The position numbers were made by a program, and so were the translations under genes. A DNA stretch of 56,760 nt, from positions 1 through 56,760 of the forward strand of contig JBIISI010000002.1 in NCBI GenBank assembly GCA_044341105.1, read 5' to 3'. The notes below the pieces were generated by a model, which worked only from the letters and a program-made list of their open reading frames with translations, did no database searches and was not told the origin of the DNA. Of the stretch, positions 47,156-56,745 are shown piece by piece (positions within the stretch are counted from its first letter, which is position 1; the number at the start of each line of letters is the position of its first letter). This DNA is from Rickettsiales bacterium (GTDB lineage: Bacteria > Pseudomonadota > Alphaproteobacteria > Rickettsiales > UBA3002).

Positions 47156-50100
47156 CTATTCATGGGAAACCTCACCAATATGCTGAGCGGGATGCGGATT
47201 CGGCGCGGGTGCTAGCTCGCGGCCCATCCGGAACCGATGGTAAAGGGCGGGCAACACCAGAAGGGTCAGGATGGTGGCAGTAATGAGGCCACCAATCACC
47301 ACGGTGGCTAAGGGCTTTTGCACCTCAGCCCCGGCACCGCTGGCGATGGCCATCGGTACAAAACCAAGCGAGGCAACCAAAGCGGTCATGAGAACAGGCC
47401 GCAAACGCGATAGCGCCCCTTCTCGCACGGCTTGTTCGCCGGGCAACCCTTCCCGCACCAGCTGGTTGATGCGGTTAATGAGCACCAAACCGTTAAGCAC
47501 CGCCACGCCAGAGAGGGCAATGAGGCCAACGGCTGCTGAGATAGAGAACGGCATGCCGCGTAGCCACAAGGCTAGGATGCCGCCTGTGAGTGCCAACGGC
47601 ACTCCACTGAACACCAACAATGCCTGCTTCGTTGATTTCAGTGCTGTGTACAGTAGCAAGAAGATCATGAAGAAGCAGATCGGCACTACTACCATCAGGC
47701 GTGCGGTTGCTTCCTGCAGGTTTTTGAACTGCCCGCCCCATTCCAACCAGTAGCCGGGTGGCACTTTCACCTGAGCGTCAATCTTCTCCTGAGCATCGGC
47801 CACGAACGAGCCAATATCGCGTCCGCGCACGTTGACTTGAACCACCATGCGACGCTTGCCGTTTTCGCGGCTGACCTGGTTAGGCCCTTCGGTGACAGTT
47901 AGCGTCGCCACTTCTTTCAATGGAACATGGCGTGGACGCGTGTGCTGTGTATTGGCCGCAGCGTCGTAGTCAGTCTCGGGTAAAAGAATCGGCAGATTGT
48001 TAAGGGCAGCTATATTCTCGCGCACGTTATCGGGTAACCTCACCACAAGGTTAAACCGCTTGTCGCCTTCGAAAATAAAACCGGAAGGACGGCCACCGAT
48101 AGCAATAGCCACCACGTTGAGCACGTCACCCGTGTTCATGCCGTAACGTGCAATCACTTCCTTATTTAGTTTCACCTCCAGCATTGGAAGACCCGAAACT
48201 TGCTCGGTCTTCACGTCCTCAGCACCCTCCACTTGGTTAAGGATGGCCGCGATCTGGTTGGCGGTCCGCTCCATCACTGCGAAATCTTCCCCGAAGACCT
48301 TTACCGCCACATCGCTCCGCACCCCTGAAATCAATTCATTGAACCGCATCTGAATGGGTTGCGTGAACTCATAATTGTTACCGGGAAGCTTCATCACGGC
48401 ACTGCTGATGCGTTCGATCAGGTCATTTTTCGCAAGCTCCGGATTCGGCCATTTCTCGCGCGGTTTGAAGATTACGAACGTATCGGATGCGTTCGGGGGC
48501 ATCGGATCAGATGCCATTTCCGCAGTACCGGTTTTGGAGAACACGAAATCCACTTCCGGGAAAGAACTGACCGTTTTTTCAACATCAAACTGCATCGCTT
48601 GCGATTGGCTGAGTGACGTAGATGGAATCCGAATCGCCTGCATGGCGATATCTTTCTCGTCCAGCGAGGGAATGAATTCCCGTCCTAGGATCATGAATAC
48701 CAGCATGGCCGCAGCAAAACTTATCAGAGCGCTGAAAATCATGAGCCCAGGACGGCGCAAGGCGAAATCGAGGCGCGGCGCATACCAGCGCTTGGCCCCG
48801 GTGATGATACGCCCCTCTTTTTCTTCAACCTTGCCAGTTACTACCAGTGCGAGCAGGGCGGGAACAAAAGTCAGTGACAGCACGAAGGCGGCGACCAGCG
48901 CAATGATGACTGTCATCGCCATCGGCTCAAACATCTTGCCTTCCACGCCGGTGAAGGTCAGGAGCGGCACATACACCATGATAATGATGGCTTGGCCAAA
49001 TACGGTTGGCTCGATCATTTCCTTGGCAGCTAGCATGACCTCATGCAGGCGCTCCTGAACAGTCAGCAAGCGTTTTTCATGATGTTGCCTTTCAGCTAAG
49101 CGACGTAGGCAGTTTTCGGTAATGATTACCGCCCCATCTACAATCAGACCAAAATCCAACGCTCCCAAACTCATCAAATTGCCACTGATGCCTGCGCGCA
49201 CCATGCCTGTGGCCGTCATCAACATGGCCAACGGGATTACCATGGCTGTAATGAGTGCCGCACGGATATTACCAAGCAGCAAGAAGAGTACGACGATGAC
49301 CAGTAATGCGCCTTCGATCAGATTTTTCTGCACCGTCGCAATAGTGCTATTTACCAGCTTAGTGCGGTTTAGTACCGTCTTGGTGTTGATATCGGGCGGC
49401 AGCGATTTGCGAATTTCCTTCAGTTTTGCATCCACCGCTTCCGATACAGTGCGGCTATTTTCACCGATCAGCATTAATGCGGTGCCAACTACGACCTCGT
49501 TGCCGTTCTCTGATGCACTGCCTGTGCGAAGTTCCTTACCGATAGAGATATCTGCTACATTACGCAGAAAAATGGGAATACCGCCCCGATTGGCGATAAC
49601 GATATTGCCGATATCGTCCATGGTTTTAATACGACCATCGGCACGTGCAACATAGGCCTCGCCATTACGTTCAATGAAACCTGCCCCAATGCTGTTGTTG
49701 TTGGATTCCAGCACTGCCACCAGTTCGGCAAACGACAAATTATAAGCGAGCAGCTTTTCAGGGTTGGGGGCAACATGGTATTGCTTCACGTAGCCGCCGA
49801 TGGCATCTACTCCAGCAACACCCGGAACCGCTTTTAACTGAGGACGAATGATCCAGTCCTGCACGGTGCGCAGGAAGGTTGCAAATTCATGGGGTTCTCG
49901 CAAGCGCTGGCCTTCCGGCGTCATGTAACTGCCATCGCTCTGCCAGCCGGGTTGGCCATCGTTGGTTTTTGCATCTTTACCGCCAACATGCTCGTATTCT
50001 ACGGTCCACATGTAAATCTCGCCTAGGCCGGTAGAAATGGCCCCGAGAGTTGGGTCGGCACCATCCGGCAAAGTATCACGCGCCTGTGCGATGCGTTCGC

Positions 50101-50431
50101 CGACTTGCTGGCGTGCGAAATAAATGTCAGTGTCCTCGGTAAACACCGCTGTAATTTGCGAGAAGCCATTGCGTGAAAGCGACCGCGTGCTTTCCAGGCC
50201 GGGAATGCCAGCCAGTGCTGTTTCCAGTGGGAACGTGACTTGTTGTTCGATCTCGACCGGCGAGTAGGCCGGTGCGACTGTCATGATCTGCACTTGGTTG
50301 TTGGTAATATCTGGCACGGCATCGATTGGCAGGCGTGTCAGCGAAACAATGCCGATGCCTGCGACCGCTAATGTTAGCAACGCCACCAGCATGCGCTGGC
50401 GTAAGGAAAACTCAAGAATACGAGAAATCAT
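47156..50431 (-). CDS. czcA: heavy-metal efflux RND permease, CzcA family (divalent-cation type)
   Basis: MISRILEFSLRQRMLVALLTLAVAGIG, 1091 aa. The TM4 motif LDFGLIVDGAVIITEN matches the DFGx3DGAx3(V)EN motif described for Co/Zn/Cd/Ni HME-RND pumps. Confidence 0.9.
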   Translation of the reverse strand: MISRILEFSLRQRMLVALLTLAVAGIGIVSLTRLPIDAVPDITNNQVQIMTVAPAYSPVEIEQQVTFPLETALAGIPGLESTRSLSRNGFSQITAVFTEDTDIYFARQQVGERIAQARDTLPDGADPTLGAISTGLGEIYMWTVEYEHVGGKDAKTNDGQPGWQSDGSYMTPEGQRLREPHEFATFLRTVQDWIIRPQLKAVPGVAGVDAIGGYVKQYHVAPNPEKLLAYNLSFAELVAVLESNNNSIGAGFIERNGEAYVARADGRIKTMDDIGNIVIANRGGIPIFLRNVADISIGKELRTGSASENGNEVVVGTALMLIGENSRTVSEAVDAKLKEIRKSLPPDINTKTVLNRTKLVNSTIATVQKNLIEGALLVIVVLFLLLGNIRAALITAMVIPLAMLMTATGMVRAGISGNLMSLGALDFGLIVDGAVIITENCLRRLAERQHHEKRLLTVQERLHEVMLAAKEMIEPTVFGQAIIIMVYVPLLTFTGVEGKMFEPMAMTVIIALVAAFVLSLTFVPALLALVVTGKVEEKEGRIITGAKRWYAPRLDFALRRPGLMIFSALISFAAAMLVFMILGREFIPSLDEKDIAMQAIRIPSTSLSQSQAMQFDVEKTVSSFPEVDFVFSKTGTAEMASDPMPPNASDTFVIFKPREKWPNPELAKNDLIERISSAVMKLPGNNYEFTQPIQMRFNELISGVRSDVAVKVFGEDFAVMERTANQIAAILNQVEGAEDVKTEQVSGLPMLEVKLNKEVIARYGMNTGDVLNVVAIAIGGRPSGFIFEGDKRFNLVVRLPDNVRENIAALNNLPILLPETDYDAAANTQHTRPRHVPLKEVATLTVTEGPNQVSRENGKRRMVVQVNVRGRDIGSFVADAQEKIDAQVKVPPGYWLEWGGQFKNLQEATARLMVVVPICFFMIFLLLYTALKSTKQALLVFSGVPLALTGGILALWLRGMPFSISAAVGLIALSGVAVLNGLVLINRINQLVREGLPGEQAVREGALSRLRPVLMTALVASLGFVPMAIASGAGAEVQKPLATVVIGGLITATILTLLVLPALYHRFRMGRELAPAPNPHPAQHIGEVSHE

Positions 50432-50443
50432 TTCTCTGCCCCG

Positions 50444-51067
50444 TTATGGTAATTGTATCATGATAGGAAATGTCCCCGCGTCCCGCATGGCGCACACGGC
50501 CTCAAGCAGAATCAGAAGAAGGACAAAAAATAAGGCATCGCGCATCGTGTACAGAACGAGATCCGGTCTTACGAGAATCTCATCCGGCTTCTTCCAAAGC
50601 GAGAATGATGGAATCCAGCGTGGCACGTTCTGACAATAACGGCGGTAATCTTCGCCAAACCGGTCTTGCAGGAAAGCTTCTTCTTTCATCACGGTGTAGA
50701 TGTGCAGGAAGAAGAAACTCGCAGCTAATAAGACGGTCAGAACAAGGCTCCCGGTGATCAGGCCAAGCCCAGTAACGGCAAAGAATGAGCCAACATACAG
50801 CGGATTGCGCACGATGGAGTACGGCCCCTCTGTCACAAGCACGGCATTCTTACGACCGCCTGAATAAAGCGATGTGTAAACCCGTATCAGGATGCCCACA
50901 ACAACCAGCGCATCACCTATGGCAGGAAGTAATGCATGCGCCATGCTTGGATTTGGCCAGATCGGCGCGGTTACGAGAATAAAAGGCGCGCAGAAAATAA
51001 GCAGGATTTTTGCAATCTTGGTTCGAGCCTTAAAGAGTTTTTGATGATTGTTTGCAGCGATCATCAT
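50444..51067 (-). CDS. ICMT-family membrane methyltransferase-like protein inside the czc operon (CzcN-like)
   Basis: VTEGPYSIVRNPLYVGSFFAVTG ... KEEAFLQDRFGEDYRRYCQNVPRWIP. The preferred ATG at 51067 lies 1 nt after the czcB stop. It is a paralog of the 44482..45234 ORF. Confidence 0.75.
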   Translation of the reverse strand: MMIAANNHQKLFKARTKIAKILLIFCAPFILVTAPIWPNPSMAHALLPAIGDALVVVGILIRVYTSLYSGGRKNAVLVTEGPYSIVRNPLYVGSFFAVTGLGLITGSLVLTVLLAASFFFLHIYTVMKEEAFLQDRFGEDYRRYCQNVPRWIPSFSLWKKPDEILVRPDLVLYTMRDALFFVLLLILLEAVCAMRDAGTFPIMIQLP

Positions 51068-51068
51068 G

Positions 51069-52028
51069 TTAGTCCTCATGCCCTGCACCAGCTTTGGAGA
51101 TATCGGCCTTCACCAAGAAGCTGTTTTTGCTGACGACCTCGACTCCAGCACTCAGGCCTTCAGTGATTTCGGTCGATTTAGCATCAGCAAGCCCTAGCGT
51201 TACTGGCACGGCACGATAGTGGGTGCCTTCCCGCACAAACACGACCTCTTTGCCTTCAAACCGCTGTATCGCAATTGTCGGCACGGCAAGGTTCACAGGC
51301 TGCGCCCGCACCACGGCATCGCCTTGCACCGTCATGCCTGCACGCCACTGCCCGGAACTATTATCGAGGGTTGCACGCGCAACGATGGTTTGGCTTGATG
51401 CTTCCGCCATAGGCTGGATCGTATCAAGCACGCTATCAGCAGTAAGTTTGCCGTCTAGCGTGCGCAGTTGAATGGCCTGTCCTTGCTGAATGGCTGGCAT
51501 ATCTGCCGCAAACACGAAGAATTCGACCCAAAGTTTTGAGAGGTCAGCCACCGTAAACACTGGAATATCCGCTGCGGTATCCCCCACGCTGATATTACGC
51601 TCAAGCACCACACCGTTCAGCGGTGAAGGCACAGCATAGACTTGCAGGCTGTCGTTGCTTTCTACTGTGGCGAGTTTCTCGCCGCGCTTTACTGGCTCAC
51701 CCACTTGCTTGAAGACTCCACGCACCACACCGGGGAAACGGGCTTTTACTGCTGCTGAGCGATTCTGATCGAGAATCACGCGGCCTGTAAGCTGTACGGT
51801 CTCTCGAATATCGCCGGGACCAACAACGATCGTTTCAATGCCCGCAGCCTGCGCCGCTTCAGCAGTAATTTCGGTGCTATCGGCTTGCTCGCCCTCCTCG
51901 TGGTGTTCCCCACTTTCGGTTGCCTTGGCGTTATTTTCAGGCAGTTTCTCGCCATCGAAAATGAAAAATGCTGCAATCGCCGCAATGACGAGCGCAATCA
52001 GCAGCAATGGTGTTTTATTCTTCCGCAT
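51069..52028 (-). CDS. czcB: heavy-metal RND periplasmic adaptor (CzcB/CusB-like MFP)
   Basis: An N-terminal TM helix followed by an MFP beta-barrel/lipoyl pattern (ARFPGVVRGVFKQVGEPVKRGEKLATVESN). It overlaps czcC by 14 nt. Confidence 0.85.
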   Translation of the reverse strand: MRKNKTPLLLIALVIAAIAAFFIFDGEKLPENNAKATESGEHHEEGEQADSTEITAEAAQAAGIETIVVGPGDIRETVQLTGRVILDQNRSAAVKARFPGVVRGVFKQVGEPVKRGEKLATVESNDSLQVYAVPSPLNGVVLERNISVGDTAADIPVFTVADLSKLWVEFFVFAADMPAIQQGQAIQLRTLDGKLTADSVLDTIQPMAEASSQTIVARATLDNSSGQWRAGMTVQGDAVVRAQPVNLAVPTIAIQRFEGKEVVFVREGTHYRAVPVTLGLADAKSTEITEGLSAGVEVVSKNSFLVKADISKAGAGHED

Positions 52029-53295
52029 GGTCGGTTCCTTTGGTGTTGGTATAGGGGGTGCTCAGGCGCTCCAGTTCAGCGACTTGCAAATGATAGTCAC
52101 GAAGCGCAGCCATATATTGCGCGCGCGCATCGAATAAGGTGCGCTGCGCATCGAGGACTTCGAGATACTGGAACTTGCCTGCGCCATAGCCTTGACGCGA
52201 TAGCTTGAAAGCCTCCTCTGCCGCCGGAAGCACCGTACCGCTGTAACTGGTGGCCTTCATGTACGCGGTGCGCTGCGCCGATTTGGCGAGGTTGTAACGA
52301 CGCAACAAATCTAACCGCGCCGTTTGCTGATCGCTTGCCGTACGCGTTACTTGCGCCCGCGCTGCTGAAATATTGCCCCGGTTGCTGTTCATGACTGGGA
52401 TGGGAATAGACAGGCCAATGACAAAAGCTTGATCCCCCGTTTGCTGCAATCGACTTACTCCAGCATTGATCGTTGGATCAGGAATTGCGCCTGCCTTCTC
52501 GATATCAAGCAGCGCGCGCGCGTGATCCTCCTGCAACCGTAGGCGCAGCATATCCGGTGTGCGCTCGATGGCTTCGATGTCAGGTTGGGCCGTGTCGCTC
52601 ACCTCAAAGAAGCTGGAAGCATCCAGCGTCTCTCCCAGCGCGCTGCGCCCTAAGACAGTTGCCAGCTGTGTGCGTGCGGCTGCCGCTTCTTGCCGCCCTT
52701 GCTCGACATTGTATTTGGCGGTGGCAAGGGTGACCTCGGCCTTACTTTTTTGAATTAGTGGTGATGCTGCTTCTGCTACACGCCGCGATACGCTTTTTAG
52801 TTCCTGCTGCGCGATGTTCAGCGCATCTTGTGCCAAGCGTAACGATTCCTGCGCTGCGACAGCGGTAGCAAACGCTTGCTTTACATCTCTTTCAACATCC
52901 ATCCGCGCGATGGCGGCATCAAGTTCTGCAATATGAAGCTGTTTATCGGCAGCCCCCCGTCTTGCTGCACGTTTGCCGCCCAATTCGATCTGTTGCGACA
53001 ATCCATAGAAATACTGATCGGTGTTATCGACCTCTCTGTAGATACCATTCCCTGCCAAGTTCGTTCCTTGAAGATCCAGCGAAGGATTGGGCGAGGTATC
53101 CGCTTGCTCAGACAGGCCTTTCGCGGTTTTGATTGCCGCATTGGCTGAAGCCACGCGGGGGGAGTTCATCATCGCCTCATCGACCGCTTGCGTAAGCGTC
53201 AACGGCGTAGACTTCACCTCTTCCTGAGCGAAAGCGGCTTGGGTGAATAGCAGCGCCCCAGCAAGGGAAGCCGCGCAAAAGCGTCGTGATAACAT
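52015..53295 (-). CDS. czcC: outer-membrane efflux protein (CzcC/TolC family)
   Basis: A signal peptide followed by LTLTQAVDEAMMNSPRV. OEP repeats are present (LDAAIARMDVERDVKQAF, LEVLDAQRTLFDARAQYMAALRDYH). Confidence 0.85.
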   Translation of the reverse strand: MLSRRFCAASLAGALLFTQAAFAQEEVKSTPLTLTQAVDEAMMNSPRVASANAAIKTAKGLSEQADTSPNPSLDLQGTNLAGNGIYREVDNTDQYFYGLSQQIELGGKRAARRGAADKQLHIAELDAAIARMDVERDVKQAFATAVAAQESLRLAQDALNIAQQELKSVSRRVAEAASPLIQKSKAEVTLATAKYNVEQGRQEAAAARTQLATVLGRSALGETLDASSFFEVSDTAQPDIEAIERTPDMLRLRLQEDHARALLDIEKAGAIPDPTINAGVSRLQQTGDQAFVIGLSIPIPVMNSNRGNISAARAQVTRTASDQQTARLDLLRRYNLAKSAQRTAYMKATSYSGTVLPAAEEAFKLSRQGYGAGKFQYLEVLDAQRTLFDARAQYMAALRDYHLQVAELERLSTPYTNTKGTDHAEE

Positions 53296-53346
53296 GGGAA
53301 TCTCGCAGTAAATGGCTTATAGACACCGCAAGCGGTGCAGTAGGCT

Positions 53347-53661
53347 TTACGCGAGAGAGGGTGGCTCGATGAGACCTTCAGGATTGAAGGATTCTGACGT
53401 CAAAGCAAAATTCCACAATGGGGAAGCATCTTCAACAGTAATAGGAGCCATGACAGCTACCTGCGGTAATGCGGCGGCATGATGGCTGCTCACAGAGCAA
53501 TGTCCTGCGCACGCAGGGTCTTTCTTCTGATGCTCTGCTTGTTTTTGGGCATCCATGGTGCCGGTTACACAGGATATATCTTCACATTGCTCAAAGGCCA
53601 TCGCAGCTTGGTTAGCTGAGAAGCAAAGAATCATAGCAAGTGCGATAAGAATGCGGCGCAT
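53347..53661 (-). CDS. small secreted Cys/His-containing protein at the head of the czc operon (CzcI-like position)
   Basis: Signal peptide MRRILIALAMILCFSANQAAMA. The mature part contains CEDISC, CAGHC and HH. Its function is inferred only from position and metal-ligand residues. Confidence 0.4.
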   Translation of the reverse strand: MRRILIALAMILCFSANQAAMAFEQCEDISCVTGTMDAQKQAEHQKKDPACAGHCSVSSHHAAALPQVAVMAPITVEDASPLWNFALTSESFNPEGLIEPPSLA

Positions 53662-53826
53662 GGTATCCACATAATCTATTTTGCCCCTTTATGGCAAGTT
53701 TCAATAACGCTTCCCAAGCTGACTTTTTGTTAATGATGTAGAAGAATTTGGTACATAATGGATTAAGCGTCTGAATAATAGCGCTGTGAGAACCTTAATC
53801 GTAAAAACACCAATTAAGATCAAACT

Positions 53827-53854
53827 TTAACATTTCCACATTGCGGTATATATT
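53827..53854 (+). promoter_or_regulatory. sigma70-like promoter candidate for the patatin/CD-NTase pair
   Basis: TTAACA (53827-53832), a 16-nt spacer, then TATATT (53849-53854). This lies about 40 nt upstream of the ATG at 53896. The spacer and -10 region hold a direct repeat ATTGCGG-tatat-ATTGCGG. Confidence 0.4.
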
Positions 53855-53895
53855 GCGGCACAGAAACGTAAAGAACTTAAGACTAATTGGCAGCT

Positions 53896-54843
53896 ATGAC
53901 CACTCAGCATACAACTGAAAAAACCGACCTCTATCGCATCCTTAGCCTCGATGGCGGAGGGGCTAAAGGTTTTTACACTCTCGGTGTTCTCAAAGAAATC
54001 GAAGGCATGATCGGCCATCGCCCATTATGCGAGAAGTTTGATTTGATCTTCGGCACCAGTACCGGCGCGATTATCGCTGCATTACTCGCTCTGGGTTACA
54101 AGGTGGATGATATTTATGCGCTCTATAAGGAATACGTCCCTACGATTATGAAGCGGCGTACCAAACGCGGCAAATCTGAGGCACTCGCCAATCTTGCCAA
54201 GCAAGTATTCGCTGACGCAAAGTTTGAAGACGTAAAAACAGCAGTCGGCATCGTTGCTACCCGCTGGATTGAAGAACGCCCTATGATCTTTAAAGCCAGC
54301 ATCGCGCAGGCGCATGGCAGCCACGGAACCTTCGCTCCGGGCTTTGGCGTGCCGATCGGCGATGCCGTCCAGGCATCCTGTTCTGCATATCCATTCTTCC
54401 GGCGCAAAACGGTTACCACTTCCAAGGATCACAAAGTCGAATTGGCTGATGGCGGCTTTTGCGCTAACAACCCAACGCTTTACGCAATCGCCGACGCGCT
54501 GCTTCCCCTTGATAAAAAGCCTGAGAACATCCGCGTTGTTAGTGTGGGTGTTGGCGTGTACCCAAAGCCAAAATCCATGAATGTTTTAAAGCGCTTCATT
54601 AATGCATTGCCAAGCGTCAAGCTGCTGCAAAAAACACTCGAGATCAATACGCAGTCCATGGATCAACTGCGCAACATTCTCTACAAAACCATCCCCACCG
54701 TGCGTATCAGCGAAACTTTCGAGCGGCCTGAAATGGCGACGGACTTCTTGGAATACGATCTAGACAAGCTAAACGTGTTGCTCCAACGCGGCGCTCAGTC
54801 CTTTGCAAAAGAAGAAGCGCGGTTGCGGGAGTTTTTAGTATGA
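53896..54843 (+). CDS. capV: patatin-like phospholipase (CapV-like CBASS effector)
   Basis: LSLDGGGAKGFY is the oxyanion-hole DGGGxxG motif, FGTSTGAII is the GxSxG nucleophile, and LADGGFCANNP supplies the catalytic Asp. The track ORF begins at a TTG at 53887. Confidence 0.8.
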   Translation: MTTQHTTEKTDLYRILSLDGGGAKGFYTLGVLKEIEGMIGHRPLCEKFDLIFGTSTGAIIAALLALGYKVDDIYALYKEYVPTIMKRRTKRGKSEALANLAKQVFADAKFEDVKTAVGIVATRWIEERPMIFKASIAQAHGSHGTFAPGFGVPIGDAVQASCSAYPFFRRKTVTTSKDHKVELADGGFCANNPTLYAIADALLPLDKKPENIRVVSVGVGVYPKPKSMNVLKRFINALPSVKLLQKTLEINTQSMDQLRNILYKTIPTVRISETFERPEMATDFLEYDLDKLNVLLQRGAQSFAKEEARLREFLV

Positions 54844-55730
54844 TTCCTGAAGCTCAGCTAGAAACTTGGTCACATCAAGGGGCAGGCATTGGCTCCCGCG
54901 ACACTTACAACCAATTACGTGGAGTCTTGTTGTCGCCGGATTCGCCTTATGCTGCCCGAACTTTTGATGTTTTCTTGCAGGGGTCATACGGTAACGACAC
55001 CAACATTTACTCGGAAAGCGATGTGGATGTCGTTATCCAACTCACCTCGGCTTTCAATTACGGCTTGGACGATTTGCCTGTTGAGCAGAAAACAGCCTTC
55101 CAAACAGCGTATTCCGGCGGTGTTGCCTACTCACTCACTCAGTTTAAACAGGAAGTTCAAGCGCACCTCACGGCCCGCTACCGCGCCGATGTTATTCCCG
55201 GCAAACGAGCGATCAATATCCAAGCCAATGGCAATCGGCGCAGTGCGGACGTCATCGTTTGCCAAGATTATCGCCGCTATCGTTCATTTTATTCCGTTTC
55301 GAGCCAAGATTATTATGAAGGGATATGCTTTAAGGATTCTGGCGGAACTTTGATTAAAAACTACCCGCGCTACCACTCCGACAACTGCACATCCAAGCAC
55401 CAAGCCACGAATGGCTATTATAAGCCGACTGTTCGTATCTTCAAAAATATGCGAGGCCGACTTATTGCTAACGGCGCGTTGCAAGAGGGTGATGCTCCAT
55501 CATATTTCATCGAAGGGATGTTGTGGAATGTACCAGATCATTGCTTCACGGGCAGCTATCAGCAAACAATTCTGAACTGCTTAGTATGGCTGAACGATAG
55601 CGATCATGCTCGCTTAGTCTGCGCCAATGATCAATACATGCTGGTTCACCCAACATCCGATGTGACGTGGCGCATAGAAAAACTGCAGAAGTTTTTAGCG
55701 GCAGCTACCAGCCTCTGCATGAATTGGTAG
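54840..55730 (+). CDS. CD-NTase / SMODS-type cyclic oligonucleotide synthase-like nucleotidyltransferase
   Basis: LQGSYGNDTNIYSESDVDVVIQ carries the pol-beta NTase G-S ... DxD motif, and RSADVIVC supplies a third acidic residue. The helical C-terminal half contains APSYFIEGMLWNVP. The ATGA overlap with the patatin gene mirrors the capV-dncV arrangement. Confidence 0.7.
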   Translation: MIPEAQLETWSHQGAGIGSRDTYNQLRGVLLSPDSPYAARTFDVFLQGSYGNDTNIYSESDVDVVIQLTSAFNYGLDDLPVEQKTAFQTAYSGGVAYSLTQFKQEVQAHLTARYRADVIPGKRAINIQANGNRRSADVIVCQDYRRYRSFYSVSSQDYYEGICFKDSGGTLIKNYPRYHSDNCTSKHQATNGYYKPTVRIFKNMRGRLIANGALQEGDAPSYFIEGMLWNVPDHCFTGSYQQTILNCLVWLNDSDHARLVCANDQYMLVHPTSDVTWRIEKLQKFLAAATSLCMNW

Positions 55731-55839
55731 GTTTGCTAAGGCAGCTCATACACTTGTATAAACATGCTGTACAATTCCCGCCAATATTGTAAAAATTCTC
55801 CTCCTTAAACACAATGTGCCATAAAAAAATTAGCTCTAT

Positions 55840-56745
55840 ATGCTACTACATAAAAAAACATCCGTGAGGTACTTTGTTAATGAGATCAAATACCAGATAC
55901 TCATTATATGTGTATTTGCCGTCGTAATTGGGCTGCTGGACGCACACCCTATTTTCCGGAGTCTCATGCTGCCACTCAGCATACCGGCACTCGTTAGTAC
56001 CGTAGTCTCATTGTTGCTGGCTTTCCGCACCTCCCAATCTTACGAGCGCTGGTGGGAAGCACGTTCTGTCTGGGGAGCCATCGTCAACGATTCAAGGACT
56101 TTTGTACGGCAGGTGATACAGTTCCTTCCTGAAGGCAATGAAACAGAAATAAAAGCTTTTGCGCAAAGGCAAGTGATATGGACTTATGCGCTGGGAGAGT
56201 CACTCCGCAGGCTCCCTTTTTCAGGAAAGGTGCAAGAGTATCTGGACGGCCAAGGGATCAGTGCCGCCAATATACCCAATGCCTTGTTGGACCAGCATTC
56301 ACTTCAGATTAAAAGTCTTGTGGCCAAGGGTACCTTGTCGGAATTCAGACAAATTCAGCTGGACAAGACTGTTGGCAGGTTGTGTGACAGCATGGGCAAA
56401 TGTGAAAGAATCAAGAACACTGCTTTCCCCTGGTCCTACAGCGTGCTGGTTCATACAATAATTTACGTCTTTGCTATCCTTTTACCGTTTGGACTGGAAG
56501 ACTCTCAACAAATAGTAGAGATACTGCTCACCATCCTATTACCTTCCCTGTTTCTTGCCATTGAAAAAACGGCCATCATTATGCAGGACCCGTTTGAGAA
56601 CACCCCCGTTGATACGCCAATGACAACATTGGCCGAGACCATAGAAATGAATATCCGTCAGATGACCGGGGAAAAAAACGTATCAAAGAAACCGGACGAC
56701 GGGCTTTACTATTGGTCAACCCCCATTTATAGGTCCAGTATTTAA
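55840..56745 (+). CDS. bestrophin-family (UPF0187/YneE) anion channel homolog
   Basis: LLAFRTSQSYERWWEARSVWGAIVNDSRTF is the bestrophin-homolog signature. There are four hydrophobic segments, and DPFENTPVDTPM lies near the C-terminus. Confidence 0.75.
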   Translation: MLLHKKTSVRYFVNEIKYQILIICVFAVVIGLLDAHPIFRSLMLPLSIPALVSTVVSLLLAFRTSQSYERWWEARSVWGAIVNDSRTFVRQVIQFLPEGNETEIKAFAQRQVIWTYALGESLRRLPFSGKVQEYLDGQGISAANIPNALLDQHSLQIKSLVAKGTLSEFRQIQLDKTVGRLCDSMGKCERIKNTAFPWSYSVLVHTIIYVFAILLPFGLEDSQQIVEILLTILLPSLFLAIEKTAIIMQDPFENTPVDTPMTTLAETIEMNIRQMTGEKNVSKKPDDGLYYWSTPIYRSSI

